Origin: Eubacteriales bacterium | Lineage (GTDB): Bacteria; Bacillota; Clostridia; Oscillospirales; CAG-272 | Assembly (NCBI GenBank): GCA_045653805.1 | Contig: JAZOMF010000094.1 | Location: forward strand, 7,438 to 71,437 | Length of the DNA stretch: 64,000 nucleotides | Direction: 5' to 3' | Shown: positions 18,200-26,852 of the stretch, piece by piece | Numbering within the stretch: the first letter of the stretch is position 1 | How the letters are laid out: the number at the start of each line of letters is the position of its first letter | Notes under the pieces: model-generated | Database searches by the model: none | Told to the model about the DNA's origin: nothing | The model's input: the letters and a program-made list of their open reading frames with translations, nothing else | Program-made: the position numbers and the translations under genes

Positions 18200-18955
18200 A
18201 TGGAGCATAAGGAATATAAAAAAATCGTTAAAGAGTCTCAAATAGCATATATTTTTGTCCATGGAATAGTTGGAACTCCCAATCATTTTGATTTTTTGAT
18301 GGAATATATGCCCGAAAACGTGTCCGTATGGAAACTTGTGCTTGACGGTCACGGTGGCAAGGTGGAGGATTTTTCCCACACTTCAATGAAAAAGTGGAGA
18401 GCGCAGGTGAAATCTGCCATAGACGAGCTTGCCGAGACTCATAGCCAAATCTATGTGGTTGCCCATTCTATGGGAACGCTTTTGACTATGGAGCAGGCGA
18501 TAGTAAATGAAAAAATAGTGAAAATGTTTTGGTTGCAATCTCCTATGTACGCGTTTGTTCAGTCAAGAATGTTCAAAAATATTGCAAAGATATATTGGGG
18601 TAATATCAGTGAGGATGATATTAACGCTATGTCGGCATACAAATGCTACGGAATAGGTCCTTCACGAAATTTGTTTAAATATATCGGCTGGGCGCCAAGG
18701 TTTTTAGAGTTGTTATCTCAAATGAAGCGTGCGCGCAGGGATATATGTCTTTTGAAAACTCCGTGTATTGCTATGCAAGCCGATAATGACGACGTGGTGT
18801 CCGCTCGTTCCGCAAAGGTTTTGAGCAAAAATCCATGTATTACGGTTCATCATCTTAAAAAATCCGGACATTTTTATTACGAAGCTGAGGAAGCCGCCTT
18901 TATGAAGTCGGAATTTAAGCGCTTTGTTGAAGACAGTGTGAAAAAAGAGGTGTAA
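18200..18955 (+). CDS. Alpha/beta hydrolase (carboxylesterase-like)
   Basis: FVHGIVG, LDGHG, AHSMG nucleophile elbow, DDVV, SGH. Confidence 0.88.
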   Translation: MEHKEYKKIVKESQIAYIFVHGIVGTPNHFDFLMEYMPENVSVWKLVLDGHGGKVEDFSHTSMKKWRAQVKSAIDELAETHSQIYVVAHSMGTLLTMEQAIVNEKIVKMFWLQSPMYAFVQSRMFKNIAKIYWGNISEDDINAMSAYKCYGIGPSRNLFKYIGWAPRFLELLSQMKRARRDICLLKTPCIAMQADNDDVVSARSAKVLSKNPCITVHHLKKSGHFYYEAEEAAFMKSEFKRFVEDSVKKEV

Positions 18956-18959
18956 ATAG

Positions 18960-19130
18960 ATGGATGAAAAGAAAAAGAGCCTTTTTATCGAGCAGAAAAA
19001 GACCTTGGATGTCTTTCTTGCAAGAGGGGCTATATCGAAAGCGCAATACGATAAAAGCTATGGCGACCTCATAAAGCTTATGGGAATGGAAGAGGTAGCC
19101 GCAGTCCTTGAAAGAGAGGAAAAAGCATGA
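18960..19130 (+). CDS. Small 56-aa protein missing from the ORF track
   Basis: MDEKKKSLFIEQKKTLDVFLARGAISKAQYDKSYGDLIKLMGMEEVAAVLEREEKA*; SD GAGGTG; stop overlaps the next ATG (ATGA). Confidence 0.75.
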   Translation: MDEKKKSLFIEQKKTLDVFLARGAISKAQYDKSYGDLIKLMGMEEVAAVLEREEKA

Positions 19131-19657
19131 ATTTCAGAGAAATAGCATTGGCAAGACAGTCTTGCCGCAAATATAATAAAACGAGAGAGGTGGAGTCGGA
19201 AAAGCTTTCTGCAATTCTTGAAACCGGCAGACTTTCTCCCTCTGCCTGCAACGGTCAGCCCTATCATATCACTGTTTGCCGTGGCGAGAGCGCATCGCAG
19301 GTGGCACGGGCAGTCATGGGCATGGGAATGAACAAGTTTGCCGCAGATGCACCTATATTGCTGGTTATCTCCGAAGAGGATTACGTTGCCAGCGCGGCAC
19401 TGGGCGCAAAGGTCAAGGGCAACGATTACCGCTCTATGGACATCGGAATACTTGTGGCGTACATTACCGCAGAGGCGACGGCGCAGGGGCTTTCTACCTG
19501 CATTCTAGGTTGGCTCGACGATAAGAAGATACGCGAAATATGCGGTCTTTCAAAGCCCGTAAGATTGGTTATCACTCTCGGATATGCCATAGATGACGAT
19601 AAGCTCCGTGAGAAAAAGCGCAAGAGTCTTGATGAGCTTGTAAGCGAGAAAGTGTGA
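19127..19657 (+). CDS. Nitroreductase family protein
   Basis: RQSCRKY, SPSACNGQP, GLSTCILG, ITLGY, RKSLDELV. Confidence 0.93.
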   Translation: MNFREIALARQSCRKYNKTREVESEKLSAILETGRLSPSACNGQPYHITVCRGESASQVARAVMGMGMNKFAADAPILLVISEEDYVASAALGAKVKGNDYRSMDIGILVAYITAEATAQGLSTCILGWLDDKKIREICGLSKPVRLVITLGYAIDDDKLREKKRKSLDELVSEKV

Positions 19658-19661
19658 CCGA

Positions 19662-19967
19662 ATGACAAAGGTTAGAATAACCGTTATGTGCCGCGCGGAG
19701 CATGCCGCTCTTATCGAAAAATATGAAAACCCCTTGGAAAATCCTTGTGAAATGACCGTTGGCGACGTTTTCGTGTCGGTGAATGCGGAAAAGCCCGAGG
19801 GAATGTGTTCGGTGGCGTGGGACTGTATGTACGAGTTTGTCAAAACTCTCGCCGAGGGTGGAGGAAACTTTTTCGATGGCTGGATGAAAGACCCTTACTC
19901 TGCAATGGTAAGCTGTAACGATGGATTTCGCCCCGTGACTTATTATATCGAAGCGATAGATGAATAA
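19662..19967 (+). CDS. TIGR04076 family protein
   Basis: KVRITV, ENPCEM, KPEGMC..AW, SCNDGFRPV signature. Confidence 0.88.
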   Translation: MTKVRITVMCRAEHAALIEKYENPLENPCEMTVGDVFVSVNAEKPEGMCSVAWDCMYEFVKTLAEGGGNFFDGWMKDPYSAMVSCNDGFRPVTYYIEAIDE

Positions 19968-20022
19968 GCAAAAGAAGGAGCATAAAGCGGACTTCTCATA
20001 AGGATGTTTGGATATTCTTCTT

Positions 20023-20049
20023 GTAGGGGTCGACGTCCTCGGCGACCCG
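20023..20049 (+). repeat. GTAG-family REP copy 1
   Basis: GTAGGGGTCGACGTCCTCGGCGACCCG: GTAG foot plus GGGTCG/CGACCC hairpin. Confidence 0.92.
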
Positions 20050-20280
20050 TTAAGGAAAATTTGATCCGCAGAAGACAAATAGATAACCCCGACAGATTTT
20101 TAAATTCTGTCGGGGATCATTTTATTCTGTTAGATAAATTGTATTTATCCAACTGTATTCAATTTGAAGATACCACCTTGAAAAACAATATCATTTCCTT
20201 GAGCATCTTTGTAAAACGATACATTTTCCGTTAACTCAAAGCCTAAACTCTTTAATAAGGATAGGCAAAGCCCATACCTC

Positions 20281-20796
20281 TTATTCTTCTGCATATAATT
20301 CATCGAAGTACCAGCGGACAGGGTTTTCGTAAATGTATTTCGCGATCTCCTCGTAATCCTTTCGTCCTCTGATAACGTGATCGTAAAATCCTCGTTGCCA
20401 TATATTCTCGCCGTATTCTTTATTGCAAAATCTTTTGAACGTCGATACAAAATGCGACACGAATGACGTTTGCTTTGTAGGGGTCGACGTCCTCGGCGAC
20501 CCGTCCTCATGAACAAACAATATAAGATGGATATGGTTTGGCATAATAACGTATTGATCTACGGTTAAATTTTCATAAAATTCATTCATTTGTTTTATGT
20601 ATTTATCCGCAACCATTCCGCGTGGCAACAATTCCACGTTCTGCGGGTCGCCGAGGACGTCGACCCCTACGATTCGAGATAAAATCTGTCGCCTTTTGTC
20701 CGTGCAAATCGTTATAAAATATGCACCTGTTGTGTTGTAATCAAATGCCTGTAACCTGGTAGGTTTTCTTTTCGGCACTTCATTTTCTTTATCCAT
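20281..20796 (-). CDS. REP-associated tyrosine transposase (RAYT, HUH/Y1 family)
   Basis: RKPTRLQAFDY..GAYFITICT, MPNHIH (HUH), FKRF, WQRGFYDHVIR, YIYENP. Confidence 0.92.
   Translation of the reverse strand: MDKENEVPKRKPTRLQAFDYNTTGAYFITICTDKRRQILSRIVGVDVLGDPQNVELLPRGMVADKYIKQMNEFYENLTVDQYVIMPNHIHLILFVHEDGSPRTSTPTKQTSFVSHFVSTFKRFCNKEYGENIWQRGFYDHVIRGRKDYEEIAKYIYENPVRWYFDELYAEE
20477..20503 (+). repeat. GTAG-family REP copy 2, inside the RAYT CDS
   Basis: Identical 27-mer; read as (D)GSPRTSTPT on the coding strand. Confidence 0.92.
20644..20670 (-). repeat. GTAG-family REP copy 3, inside the RAYT CDS
   Basis: Identical 27-mer on the minus strand; read as VGVDVLGDP. Confidence 0.92.
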
Positions 20797-20866
20797 TTTC
20801 ATCACCCATTTCATTATAACACAAATCGGCAGAGAAAACAATATCTCTGCCGAAATTTGGTTGTGG

Positions 20867-20893
20867 CGGGTCGCCGAGGACGTCGACCCCTAC
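20867..20893 (-). repeat. GTAG-family REP copy 4
   Basis: Identical 27-mer on the minus strand. Confidence 0.92.
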
Positions 20894-20944
20894 GGTGTAA
20901 TCATCCTTATGTAAATTTGCGCCAATACTCCTTCTTTTAGTTTG

Positions 20945-21673
20945 TCATAGATTGATATTGACCTTTTCAACCATTTTCCTCTTGTCTTTATAGTCTGGCA
21001 CGAAGGGGGAAAGCTCGGCATAATAGCTTTTAGAGTGATCCGGATGAATAAAATGTGTAAATTCGTGATATACCACGTATTCGATGCAATCCACGGGGGC
21101 GTGAACGAGAGCGTAATTGAAGGTCAATATCCTTTTGGTTGAATTACAGCTGCCCCAACGGCTCTTCATGTGCCTGAATTTTATTTCGGGCATATCGGGT
21201 ACATATTTTGTAAAGCATGGATGTGCGTCGGTGCAAATGCTCTCTATCATTTCTCGGCATAGCTCGTCAAGGTGCTTTTGCAAAAGTCTTTTCTTCAAGT
21301 CGATGTCCTCGGTATCCTTGACGGTAAGAACAAGATTACCTCCTACCATTTCCACTCGGTTTTTGCTTCCTTTTTGGATAGAGAGCGGAATAGGATCGCC
21401 AAATATTATGATATTGTTGACGTCATCGAGCCCGACAAGAATTTTTTGTGCAGATGACGACAAATCTTCGTATTTTTGCAGAGCAGAGAGGATAAAATCA
21501 GATTTTTCCATAAGTATTCTGTCTATATCCCCTTGTGATACTTTCATCGGCGCCGAGACGTGAACTGTAAGATCGCGTTTTATTCGAATGTTGACATTTT
21601 TGACTTTTTTTCGTTGCAGGTCATATTTTACCGCCCTGCCTGATAAAATGATAGATTTTGTCATTTTGATCAT
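20945..21673 (-). CDS. M48/SprT-like (YgjP type) zinc metallopeptidase
   Basis: RKKVKNVNIRI, MKSRWGSC, YVVYHEFTHFIHPDHS; exact start uncertain (21664-21676). Confidence 0.9.
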   Translation of the reverse strand: MIKMTKSIILSGRAVKYDLQRKKVKNVNIRIKRDLTVHVSAPMKVSQGDIDRILMEKSDFILSALQKYEDLSSSAQKILVGLDDVNNIIIFGDPIPLSIQKGSKNRVEMVGGNLVLTVKDTEDIDLKKRLLQKHLDELCREMIESICTDAHPCFTKYVPDMPEIKFRHMKSRWGSCNSTKRILTFNYALVHAPVDCIEYVVYHEFTHFIHPDHSKSYYAELSPFVPDYKDKRKMVEKVNINL

Positions 21674-21679
21674 CAAGCT

Positions 21680-23440
21680 TTATTTACTTGTTTCCGCAAT
21701 AAATTCGTCGATCTTGTCTGCGATTATTTGGAGGCTCTTTCTCCAGAATTCGGGCTCGGTGAGATCGATTCCTGCGATATGTGCAACGTTTTCTACGCTC
21801 TCAACAGTGGTTGCCTTGAGAAGTGCGCGGTATTTAGGCAGGAATGCCTCTCCCTCCTCTAAATACTTCGCGTAGAGACCGCGGGAGAAGAGTCCGCCAA
21901 ATGCATAGGGGAAGTTGTAGTAGCTGAGTCCTGCGCTGAAATAATGGCTCTTGCAGCACCACATATAGGGGTGGAGCGTGCTTTCGTCAAGTCCTTCGCC
22001 GTAGGCTTCCTTCTGGGCGTTGGTCATTATTTCTTCAAGGTCCTTTGCAAAGAGGAAAGTGTTCTTGCGGCGTCTTATTACCTCGTCCTCAAAGAGAAAG
22101 CGAGAGTAGATGTCCACGATGATCTGTGTGCAATCCTGAAGCTGGCTTTCGATAAGCTGTATCTTTTCCTCCCCCTCGGATTTTGCGATGGCGTCGTTTA
22201 CGATAATAAGCTCGTTGAAGTTGGATGCGGTCTCCGCTACGGGCATGGTGTAGCCTGTGTTGAGAGGACGGTGATCTTGAATCATCATTCCGTGATAAGC
22301 GTGCCCCAGCTCGTGAGCGAGAGTAACCACCGAGCCGAAGCTACCCGAGAAGTTGGTGAGCACGCGGCTCTGCTTGAGGAAGGGAAGATTGGAGCAGAAT
22401 GCGCCGCCAACCTTGCCCGCTCTGGGATAGAAGTCGATCCAATCGTTCTTGAACGCTTCATCAACCATTTCTGCCATATCGGGAGCAAAGCTTCCAAAGT
22501 GCTCTACGAGATAAGCGTGAGCTTCCTCGGCAGTAAAGGTCTTGCCGCCCGCCTTGCCCATGGGAGTATAAAGCTCATACCAAGGAAGACCGTTCTTAAA
22601 TCCCAGAAGCTCTGCCTTGTGGCGGAGATACTGACGGAATTTGGGCATGTATTCACGCATCGCCTCAAGCATAGCATCAAGGGTTTCTTTCTTCATTCTG
22701 GAATGCTCGAGAGTCATAGCAAGTGGATTCTCGTATCCGCGAAGCTCTGCCTCGGTGTTGACCTGCGCCTTAATGCTGTTAAGAGCAAATGCGATGGGGT
22801 CTTTGATCTTTCTGTAACAGGCAAGCTCTGCCTCAAATGCAGATTTTCTTGCCTCGGGGTCGTCGCTCTCTGCCATGCCACGGATTGCCGAGAGAGTGGT
22901 CTTTTCGCCCTTGTAGTCAACCTCAACGGTTGCGGTAAGGTAGGAGAAGAGGTCACCCCAGGCGCGGCCGCCCGAAAGGTTAAGGCGTGCGAAAACGTCC
23001 TCCGCCTCGTCGCTCAAGTTGTGGGAAACAGACGCCTTTACTTCGCTGAAATAGAATTTATACTGCGCAAGAATCTCGTCGGAGGAGAGAACCTCGTCAA
23101 GATTTTCGATCTTGCCGACGTACTTTTCAAACATTACGTTTTCCTTGGCGGTGCTCGCCATAAGGGATTGTATCTTGGTCATGATACCCGAAACCTCTTG
23201 GTCGGTGCTGTTTGCCGAGCGACGGAGGCTGCAGTATCCTGCAATCTTGCGCACGAGAACTGTAGTGGTTTCCTTGAGATCAATTATCTCGCGGAGAGAC
23301 TTTGCCGGATCGTCATAATTCAGCGCGGCGACAAGGCTCTTGTAGATAGCAACGTTTTTCTCAAGCGCGGCGATATCCTCGGCAAGTGCAGGATCGTCGA
23401 TTCCCTTATAAAATATTTCAAGTGACCATTCGTTGTACAT
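21680..23440 (-). CDS. M3 family oligoendopeptidase F
   Basis: GKVGGAFC, LAHELGHAYH, VAETAS, YYNFPYAFG. Confidence 0.94.
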   Translation of the reverse strand: MYNEWSLEIFYKGIDDPALAEDIAALEKNVAIYKSLVAALNYDDPAKSLREIIDLKETTTVLVRKIAGYCSLRRSANSTDQEVSGIMTKIQSLMASTAKENVMFEKYVGKIENLDEVLSSDEILAQYKFYFSEVKASVSHNLSDEAEDVFARLNLSGGRAWGDLFSYLTATVEVDYKGEKTTLSAIRGMAESDDPEARKSAFEAELACYRKIKDPIAFALNSIKAQVNTEAELRGYENPLAMTLEHSRMKKETLDAMLEAMREYMPKFRQYLRHKAELLGFKNGLPWYELYTPMGKAGGKTFTAEEAHAYLVEHFGSFAPDMAEMVDEAFKNDWIDFYPRAGKVGGAFCSNLPFLKQSRVLTNFSGSFGSVVTLAHELGHAYHGMMIQDHRPLNTGYTMPVAETASNFNELIIVNDAIAKSEGEEKIQLIESQLQDCTQIIVDIYSRFLFEDEVIRRRKNTFLFAKDLEEIMTNAQKEAYGEGLDESTLHPYMWCCKSHYFSAGLSYYNFPYAFGGLFSRGLYAKYLEEGEAFLPKYRALLKATTVESVENVAHIAGIDLTEPEFWRKSLQIIADKIDEFIAETSK

Positions 23441-23509
23441 TTTGGATTCTCCTTGATATGTAAAATTAACATAATACTATTATAAGGATATTTGGGCGCT
23501 TTGTCAAGC

Positions 23510-23550
23510 AAAAATTAATGCCTCGGACTCAGTCCGAGGCATTAATTTTT
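23510..23550. terminator. Terminator after the P-type ATPase
   Basis: AAAAATTAATGCCTCGGAC / GTCCGAGGCATTAATTTTT perfect inverted repeat. Confidence 0.85.
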
Positions 23551-23555
23551 GTTTA

Positions 23556-26240
23556 TTATTTGTCGTGCTTCTTGTCAACCGCTCTGTGGATGATCTTAAC
23601 GATCTCAACGATGGGAATGATAAGAATTGCAAGACCGAATGCGATACCGTATTCTCTGAGGTCGAGCTGTGCAAGCTCAAATGCGTTTGCCAGGAAGGGG
23701 ATCTCAATAACAACGGTGGTGAGGATGAGGGAAAGTGCTGCTGCACCCCAGAGCCACCAGTTCTGCTTCTTCATGGTGAAGATAGAGCCGTGGAGACTTC
23801 TCATGTTGAACGCGTGGCAGATCTCGCAGAGGGAAAGAGTAAGGAATGCCATGCTGGTTCCAAGTGCCTCGGCGGAGTAAAGGCCCGCTTCGATAGCTTC
23901 GTGATGGAACACATCTGCCAGCCAGAATCTACCGATGAGGTAGGAAGCCATAGTGATGATAGTTACGAGAACGCCCTGATATGCAACTGCAAAGCCAAGA
24001 CCGCCTGCGAAGATTCCTTCCTTGCTGTCACGAGGCTTGCGCTTCATGATGCTGGATTCGGGAGCCTCCATACCGAGAGCAAGTGCAGGGAAGCAGTCGG
24101 TGATGAGGTTGATCCAAAGGAGGTGTACGGGAGCAAAGATGGTAAATCCAAAGAGAGTTGCAAAGAAGATGGTAAGAACCTCGGAGAGGTTGGATGCCAG
24201 CAGGAACTGAATAGCCTTACGGATGTTATCGTAAATTCTACGTCCTTCGCCAACTGCCGCAACGATGGTTGCGAAGTTATCGTCTGCAAGGATCATATCT
24301 GCAACGTTCTTGGTAACGTCGGTACCGGTGATACCCATACCAACGCCGATGTCTGCATTCTTTATGGAGGGAGCGTCGTTAACGCCGTCACCGGTCATTG
24401 CGGTAACCATGCCCTTCTTTCTCCAAGCGTTGACGATTCTGGTCTTGTGCTCGGGCTGAACGCGAGCATAAACGCTGTACTTTTCAACTGCGGTTTCAAA
24501 CTCCTCGTCGGAGATGTCGTTGAGCTCAGCGCCTGTGATTGCCTGAGAAGCGTTGGAGATAATTCCAAGCTCGCTTGCGATTGCCACTGCGGTGTCCTTG
24601 TGGTCACCGGTGATCATAATTGCGCGGATACCTGCGCTACGGCACTCTTCGATTGCCGCTTTAACCTCGGGACGAACAGGGTCGATCATGCCAACCAGAC
24701 CAACGAAGCAAAGGTCGCACTCAACGGTCTCGGGCTCGTAATCAGCAGGAAGAGCGGTGAGATCCTTCTTTGCTGCTGCAAGAACTCTGAGAGCCTTGTC
24801 TGCCATAGCTTTGTTTGCTACGAGGATGTTAGCCTTGATTTCTTCGGTCATATCAACGATCTGACCGCCAACGAGAGCCTTGGTGCACTTCTTAAGAAGC
24901 TCGTCGGGAGCACCCTTGGTGAACTGAACGAGTGTACCGTCCTCGGTCTTGTGGATGGTGGACATCATCTTTCTGCCGGAATCGAAGGGAACCTCGCCAA
25001 CTCTCTCAAACTTAACCTTTTCGGTGTTCTTGGAAAGACCAAGATTTTCAGCGTAGTTGACGAGAGCTGCCTCGGTAGGCTCACCGACTGCGGTGCCTGC
25101 CTCGGTGTCAAACTCTGCGTCGGAGCAGAGGGACATAGCGTTTGCAAGAAGAGCCTCGTCGTCGCCGTAGTGGTCAACAACGGTCATCTTGTTCTGGGTA
25201 AGAGTACCGGTCTTGTCGGAGCAGATGATCTGTGTGCATCCGTGAGTCTCAACTGCGGTAAGCTTACGAATGATCGCGTTACGCTTTGACATATTGGTAA
25301 CGCCGATAGAAAGAACGATAGTAACAACGGTTGCAAGTCCCTCGGGGATAGCCGCAACTGCAAGAGAGATAGCTATCATGAAGGAATTGAGGATAGGCTC
25401 AAAGCCGATACCGTCACGAATAAGCTGAACGCCGAAAATAACTACGCAGATACCGATAACGAGGTAGGTAAGGATCTTGGAAAGACCTGCGAGCTTGATC
25501 TGAAGGGGAGTCTTTCCCTCTTCTGCCTGTGCGAGCGCATCTGCGATCTTACCCATTTCGGTATCCATACCGGTAGCAACAACTACTGCCTTGCCACGTC
25601 CGTAAACTACTACGGAGCCCATAAATACCATGTTCTTGCGGTCACCGAGAGCAACGTCGCCGTTCTCTCCTGCGGTGAGAGTCTCTTCCTTCTTGTCAAC
25701 GGGAACAGATTCACCTGTAAGTGCCGCTTCCTCGATCTTCATAGAAGCGCACTCAATGATACGAGCGTCTGCAGGAACTGCATCACCTGCTTCAAGAACG
25801 ATAATGTCACCAACTACCAAGTCTTCACTGGGAATGCTGATGAGCTTGCCGTCACGAATGACCTTACTCTGTGCCTTGGACATTTCCTGGAGTGCTTCAA
25901 TAGCCTTTTCAGCCTTGCTCTCCTGGAAAACGCCGAGAATTGCGTTAATAAGAACTACCGCAAGGATGATAACAACGTCAGCAGGGAACTCAAAGCCGTG
26001 CTGCAAGCCGTTGTAAATTTCAACGCCTGCGGAAACACCCGCTGCCACCAAAAGGATGATGGTCATAGGCTCTGCTAATTGCTTAAAGAAACGAACTACG
26101 AGGGATTCTTTCTTTCCCTCGGCGAGCTTGTTTTTGCCGTTTGTCTCGAGTCTGGCAGCGGCTTCAGCGGCGGTAAGACCGTCGGCTGTGGAGCCAACCT
26201 CTTCGATAACCTCGGCGGAGGATCTGAGATACTCTTTCAT
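23556..26240 (-). CDS. P2-type cation-transporting (Ca2+/Mn2+-like) P-type ATPase
   Basis: TGES, IPEGL, DKTGTLT, KGAPD, MITGD, TGDGVND, QFLLASN, WINLITD. Confidence 0.96.
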   Translation of the reverse strand: MKEYLRSSAEVIEEVGSTADGLTAAEAAARLETNGKNKLAEGKKESLVVRFFKQLAEPMTIILLVAAGVSAGVEIYNGLQHGFEFPADVVIILAVVLINAILGVFQESKAEKAIEALQEMSKAQSKVIRDGKLISIPSEDLVVGDIIVLEAGDAVPADARIIECASMKIEEAALTGESVPVDKKEETLTAGENGDVALGDRKNMVFMGSVVVYGRGKAVVVATGMDTEMGKIADALAQAEEGKTPLQIKLAGLSKILTYLVIGICVVIFGVQLIRDGIGFEPILNSFMIAISLAVAAIPEGLATVVTIVLSIGVTNMSKRNAIIRKLTAVETHGCTQIICSDKTGTLTQNKMTVVDHYGDDEALLANAMSLCSDAEFDTEAGTAVGEPTEAALVNYAENLGLSKNTEKVKFERVGEVPFDSGRKMMSTIHKTEDGTLVQFTKGAPDELLKKCTKALVGGQIVDMTEEIKANILVANKAMADKALRVLAAAKKDLTALPADYEPETVECDLCFVGLVGMIDPVRPEVKAAIEECRSAGIRAIMITGDHKDTAVAIASELGIISNASQAITGAELNDISDEEFETAVEKYSVYARVQPEHKTRIVNAWRKKGMVTAMTGDGVNDAPSIKNADIGVGMGITGTDVTKNVADMILADDNFATIVAAVGEGRRIYDNIRKAIQFLLASNLSEVLTIFFATLFGFTIFAPVHLLWINLITDCFPALALGMEAPESSIMKRKPRDSKEGIFAGGLGFAVAYQGVLVTIITMASYLIGRFWLADVFHHEAIEAGLYSAEALGTSMAFLTLSLCEICHAFNMRSLHGSIFTMKKQNWWLWGAAALSLILTTVVIEIPFLANAFELAQLDLREYGIAFGLAILIIPIVEIVKIIHRAVDKKHDK

Positions 26241-26294
26241 GTTTGTCGAAAACTCCTTTTTGATTTTTTGTTTTCGCGGAGGTCTTTTTCGTGA

Positions 26295-26327
26295 AAAAAA
26301 GACCTATCCGCCCATGCAGATAAGTCT
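26295..26327 (-). terminator. Riboswitch terminator overlapping the aptamer 3' end
   Basis: Minus strand GACTTATCTGC-ATGG-GCGGATAGGTC-TTTTTTT. Confidence 0.75.
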
Positions 26328-26408
26328 CATCATTTCAAATAAAGCCACGGCAAAAAATTGCCCGTGATGTTGACTTTATCACGCTTTCGCGCTGATTACT
26401 CCCTTATA
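26320..26408 (-). promoter_or_regulatory. yybP-ykoY (Mn2+-sensing) riboswitch aptamer
   Basis: Minus strand TAAGGGAGTA...GTCAACAT...TGGC...TGAGACTTA, the conserved blocks of this class; upstream of a P-type ATPase, a known target type. Confidence 0.85.
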
Positions 26409-26580
26409 CCAGAATATTTTATCAAATAAATGCGCGTTTGTCAATAGATATTGAAGAAAATTTTACTCGTTTCAAGGAGATTTTTGCCAAAAATCAAGCA
26501 AATTATTTGTGCAAAATCCGGAAAAAGAGAATTTTTTGCATCTAAATCGTAAATAAACTGTTAATAAGAGGGTGTTTCGC

Positions 26581-26609
26581 TTGACATTAGCGTGGGGGCA
26601 TGGTATTAT
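26581..26609 (+). promoter_or_regulatory. sigma-A promoter of the leader peptide / CorC-type gene
   Basis: TTGACA, 17 bp, TATTAT with extended TG. Confidence 0.8.
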
Positions 26610-26644
26610 AAACGAAATAATTTCGAAAGGAAAGGTATTTTACG

Positions 26645-26722
26645 ATGGATGACGGCGATAGTACGGACACTACCTGTATGTGTAATGTAACTGTTGTGCG
26701 TGGTTTTCATTATATCTCATAA
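26645..26722 (+). CDS. Putative 25-aa leader peptide MDDGDSTDTTCMCNVTVVRGFHYIS
   Basis: SD AAAGGT 8 nt upstream; lies between the promoter and a terminator-like hairpin. Confidence 0.55.
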   Translation: MDDGDSTDTTCMCNVTVVRGFHYIS

Positions 26723-26730
26723 ATCGTGCG

Positions 26731-26789
26731 GCATAGCTTTACGCTTTCTCTGAAATGATAGGAGAGGGGGGTATTGACTATGCTTTTTT
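26731..26789 (+). terminator. Attenuator-like terminator upstream of the CorC-type gene
   Basis: GCATAG (26731-36) ... CTATGC (26778-83) closing a long irregular hairpin, then TTTTTT. Confidence 0.55.
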
Positions 26790-26852
26790 GCGTTTTTGAA
26801 ATTTTTGAAAAATCATTGAATATTATTGTAAAAAGAAAACGGAGACATTACA

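Larger units (their letters stand above)
19970..20938. mobile_element. RAYT element with composite inverted arms
   Basis: Inverted AAAAGAAGGAG (19970-80 / 20928-38), CATAAGGATG (19997-20006 / 20902-11) and 27-bp REP (20023-49 / 20867-93) around a tyrosine transposase gene. Confidence 0.8.

Noticed and set aside
20023-20893. The four identical 27-mers as a CRISPR array
   Set aside because: Mixed orientation, irregular spacing of 140-430 bp, two copies inside a CDS, no cas genes; they fit REP architecture.
25242-25244. VETHG instead of the usual VETLG before DKTGT in the P-type ATPase
   Set aside because: A single base change (CAC vs CTC); cannot be told from a sequencing error or private variant without reads.
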